The translations under genes and the position numbers were made by a program. A DNA stretch of 63,998 nucleotides, filler included, from Globobulimina sp. (Eukaryota), in assembly GCA_003354225.1 (NCBI GenBank). It is 52 parts of 52 records of this genome, joined end to end, with 100 filler letters (N's around TTAATTAATTAA, not from the genome) between each part and the next. Parts side by side here need not be neighbours in the genome. Positions count along the whole stretch, not along the records: positions 62,868 to 63,998 come from PIVH01022737.1; 51 more parts are not named here. One strand, written 5' to 3'. The notes beneath the pieces are model-generated. The model saw only the letters and a list, made by a program, of their open reading frames with translations, searched no databases and was not told the origin of the DNA. Shown here one piece after another: positions 62,868 through 63,998 of this stretch (position 1 is its first letter; each line of letters starts with the position of its first letter).

Positions 62868-63998
62868 AGCAACAATACCGGAAATTAAGGCCGGTTTAGA
62901 AAAGATGTTAAAATTGTTAGGTCATCGCAGAATCATGGGCCCTTTTTTCGGTAAAGATGTTGCCCAAAAACACTTTGGTGATTCGGTAAAATTACATATT
63001 TGGCCAATTTTTTACAAAGATGAGATGACTAAATATCGCATGCTCGTTAATTTATCATTCAATAAATTAATGGTCACATCTTATAACAATTTCATCGACA
63101 AGGATGAAGTATTTGTTTGCTTTCTTAAAATAAAAGAAATTGTCCAAATGATTGTTGATTGTAATCTAAAATGGCTGTGGGCAATTGATGCGTTTATGGC
63201 ATACTTTTCTGTGCCAATCCAATCCAAATTTACTCCTAAATCGGGAATCAAAATGTGTGGAATTTATTTCTTCTACATTTCCTTAGCAATGGGTATGGAT
63301 AGTTCTTCTAACCTTTATACTCAGTTTGCTGATGCAGTAAATTGGATAATTGTGAATGATTATCAATCTTTGTTTGTAATGATGGCTTCTGAGATCGAAC
63401 ATATTTTGTTGAAACATTATATGGATGATTTCATTGGTGGTGCCAAGTCGAAAAGGCTCGCCCAATGTTTTAAGAAGACCATGCCCTTTTTGCATGGTAT
63501 GTATAAAGGGAGGAAGATTGAAAAGCCTCCTGGCTCTGGTTCGAGAATCATTACCAATGAAACCATTGCGAGATGGTTTGAAAGAGATATTTTGGATGAG
63601 CGTGTTTATGATTATCAAGTCATTCGAACCGCTTTCGCCTTGGCCCATAATACTTTACGAAGGAGCGATGAGGTTATTCGTAAGAATTTATCGGGGTTAA
63701 AAATTGGTAATATTATCTGCCAAAATGGTACATCGATCCCGAATAAGAATGATCAAAGTGCGATTTTTGTTTTTAATTTTTCGAAAACGAATAAATATGG
63801 CCGATTACAATCGGCACCATTATTTCATTTGTGTCAATTTAAACAAATTTGTTGTTTATGTGAGATAATTAAATTATACAATTGGCGCAAAAATATTTGG
63901 AAGGATGAAGAGATTTTATTCCAATTCAAGAATAAAACTGCTTTAACGTATAACCAAATGAATAATAAAATAAAATGGTGTTGCAGGAAAGCTGGAAC
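62868..63998 (+). mobile_element. DIRS/Ngaro-type retroelement: RT palm running in frame into tyrosine recombinase (open both ends; not in ORF track)
   Basis: Frame 1: IMGPF, KYRMLVNLS, WAIDAFMAYFSVPI, LAMG..SS...Y..F, HYMDDF, then RTAFALAHNTLRRSDE, FSKTNKYG, C...C.C, LF......LTY. Confidence 0.88.

Overview
This is not a contiguous locus. It is 52 unrelated short contigs (1134 down to 1131 bp, sorted by length) joined by an artificial 100-nt linker (N44-TTAATTAATTAA-N44, stops in all six frames), so neighbourhood is only meaningful within a contig. Most contigs are AT-rich, short-intron eukaryotic genes that look foraminiferan/rhizarian (my inference): RGS, G-alpha, 7TM, kelch, SPRY, PPR, midasin, MSH2, TSG101, Amt, ABC1 kinase, pLGIC. 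Mixed in are animal-like repeat contigs, many transposon fragments (Ty3/gypsy integrase, LINE RT and RNase H, Naiad-type Penelope GIY-YIG, DIRS/Ngaro gag and RT/YR, Polinton integrase, probable Helitron), one giant-virus-like contig, and prokaryotic pieces (deltaproteobacterial-like lepB and sensor/recombinase region, Bacteroidota rdgB, a thaumarchaeal-like gene). Several contigs are abrupt cross-domain fusions that look like whole-genome-amplification chimeras. The best leads are an in-frame RT-tyrosine recombinase fusion, a Polinton integrase split by spliceosomal introns, a recurrent FGYIR...IP..I..IC..Y module on SPRY/MATH-like proteins, a triple-nested bacterial palindrome, a LINE RT with a ~100-aa insertion, and a TSG101-MYND fusion. 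I found no complete multi-gene novel system that these fragments can support. Family assignments come from motif recognition only; no searches were run.
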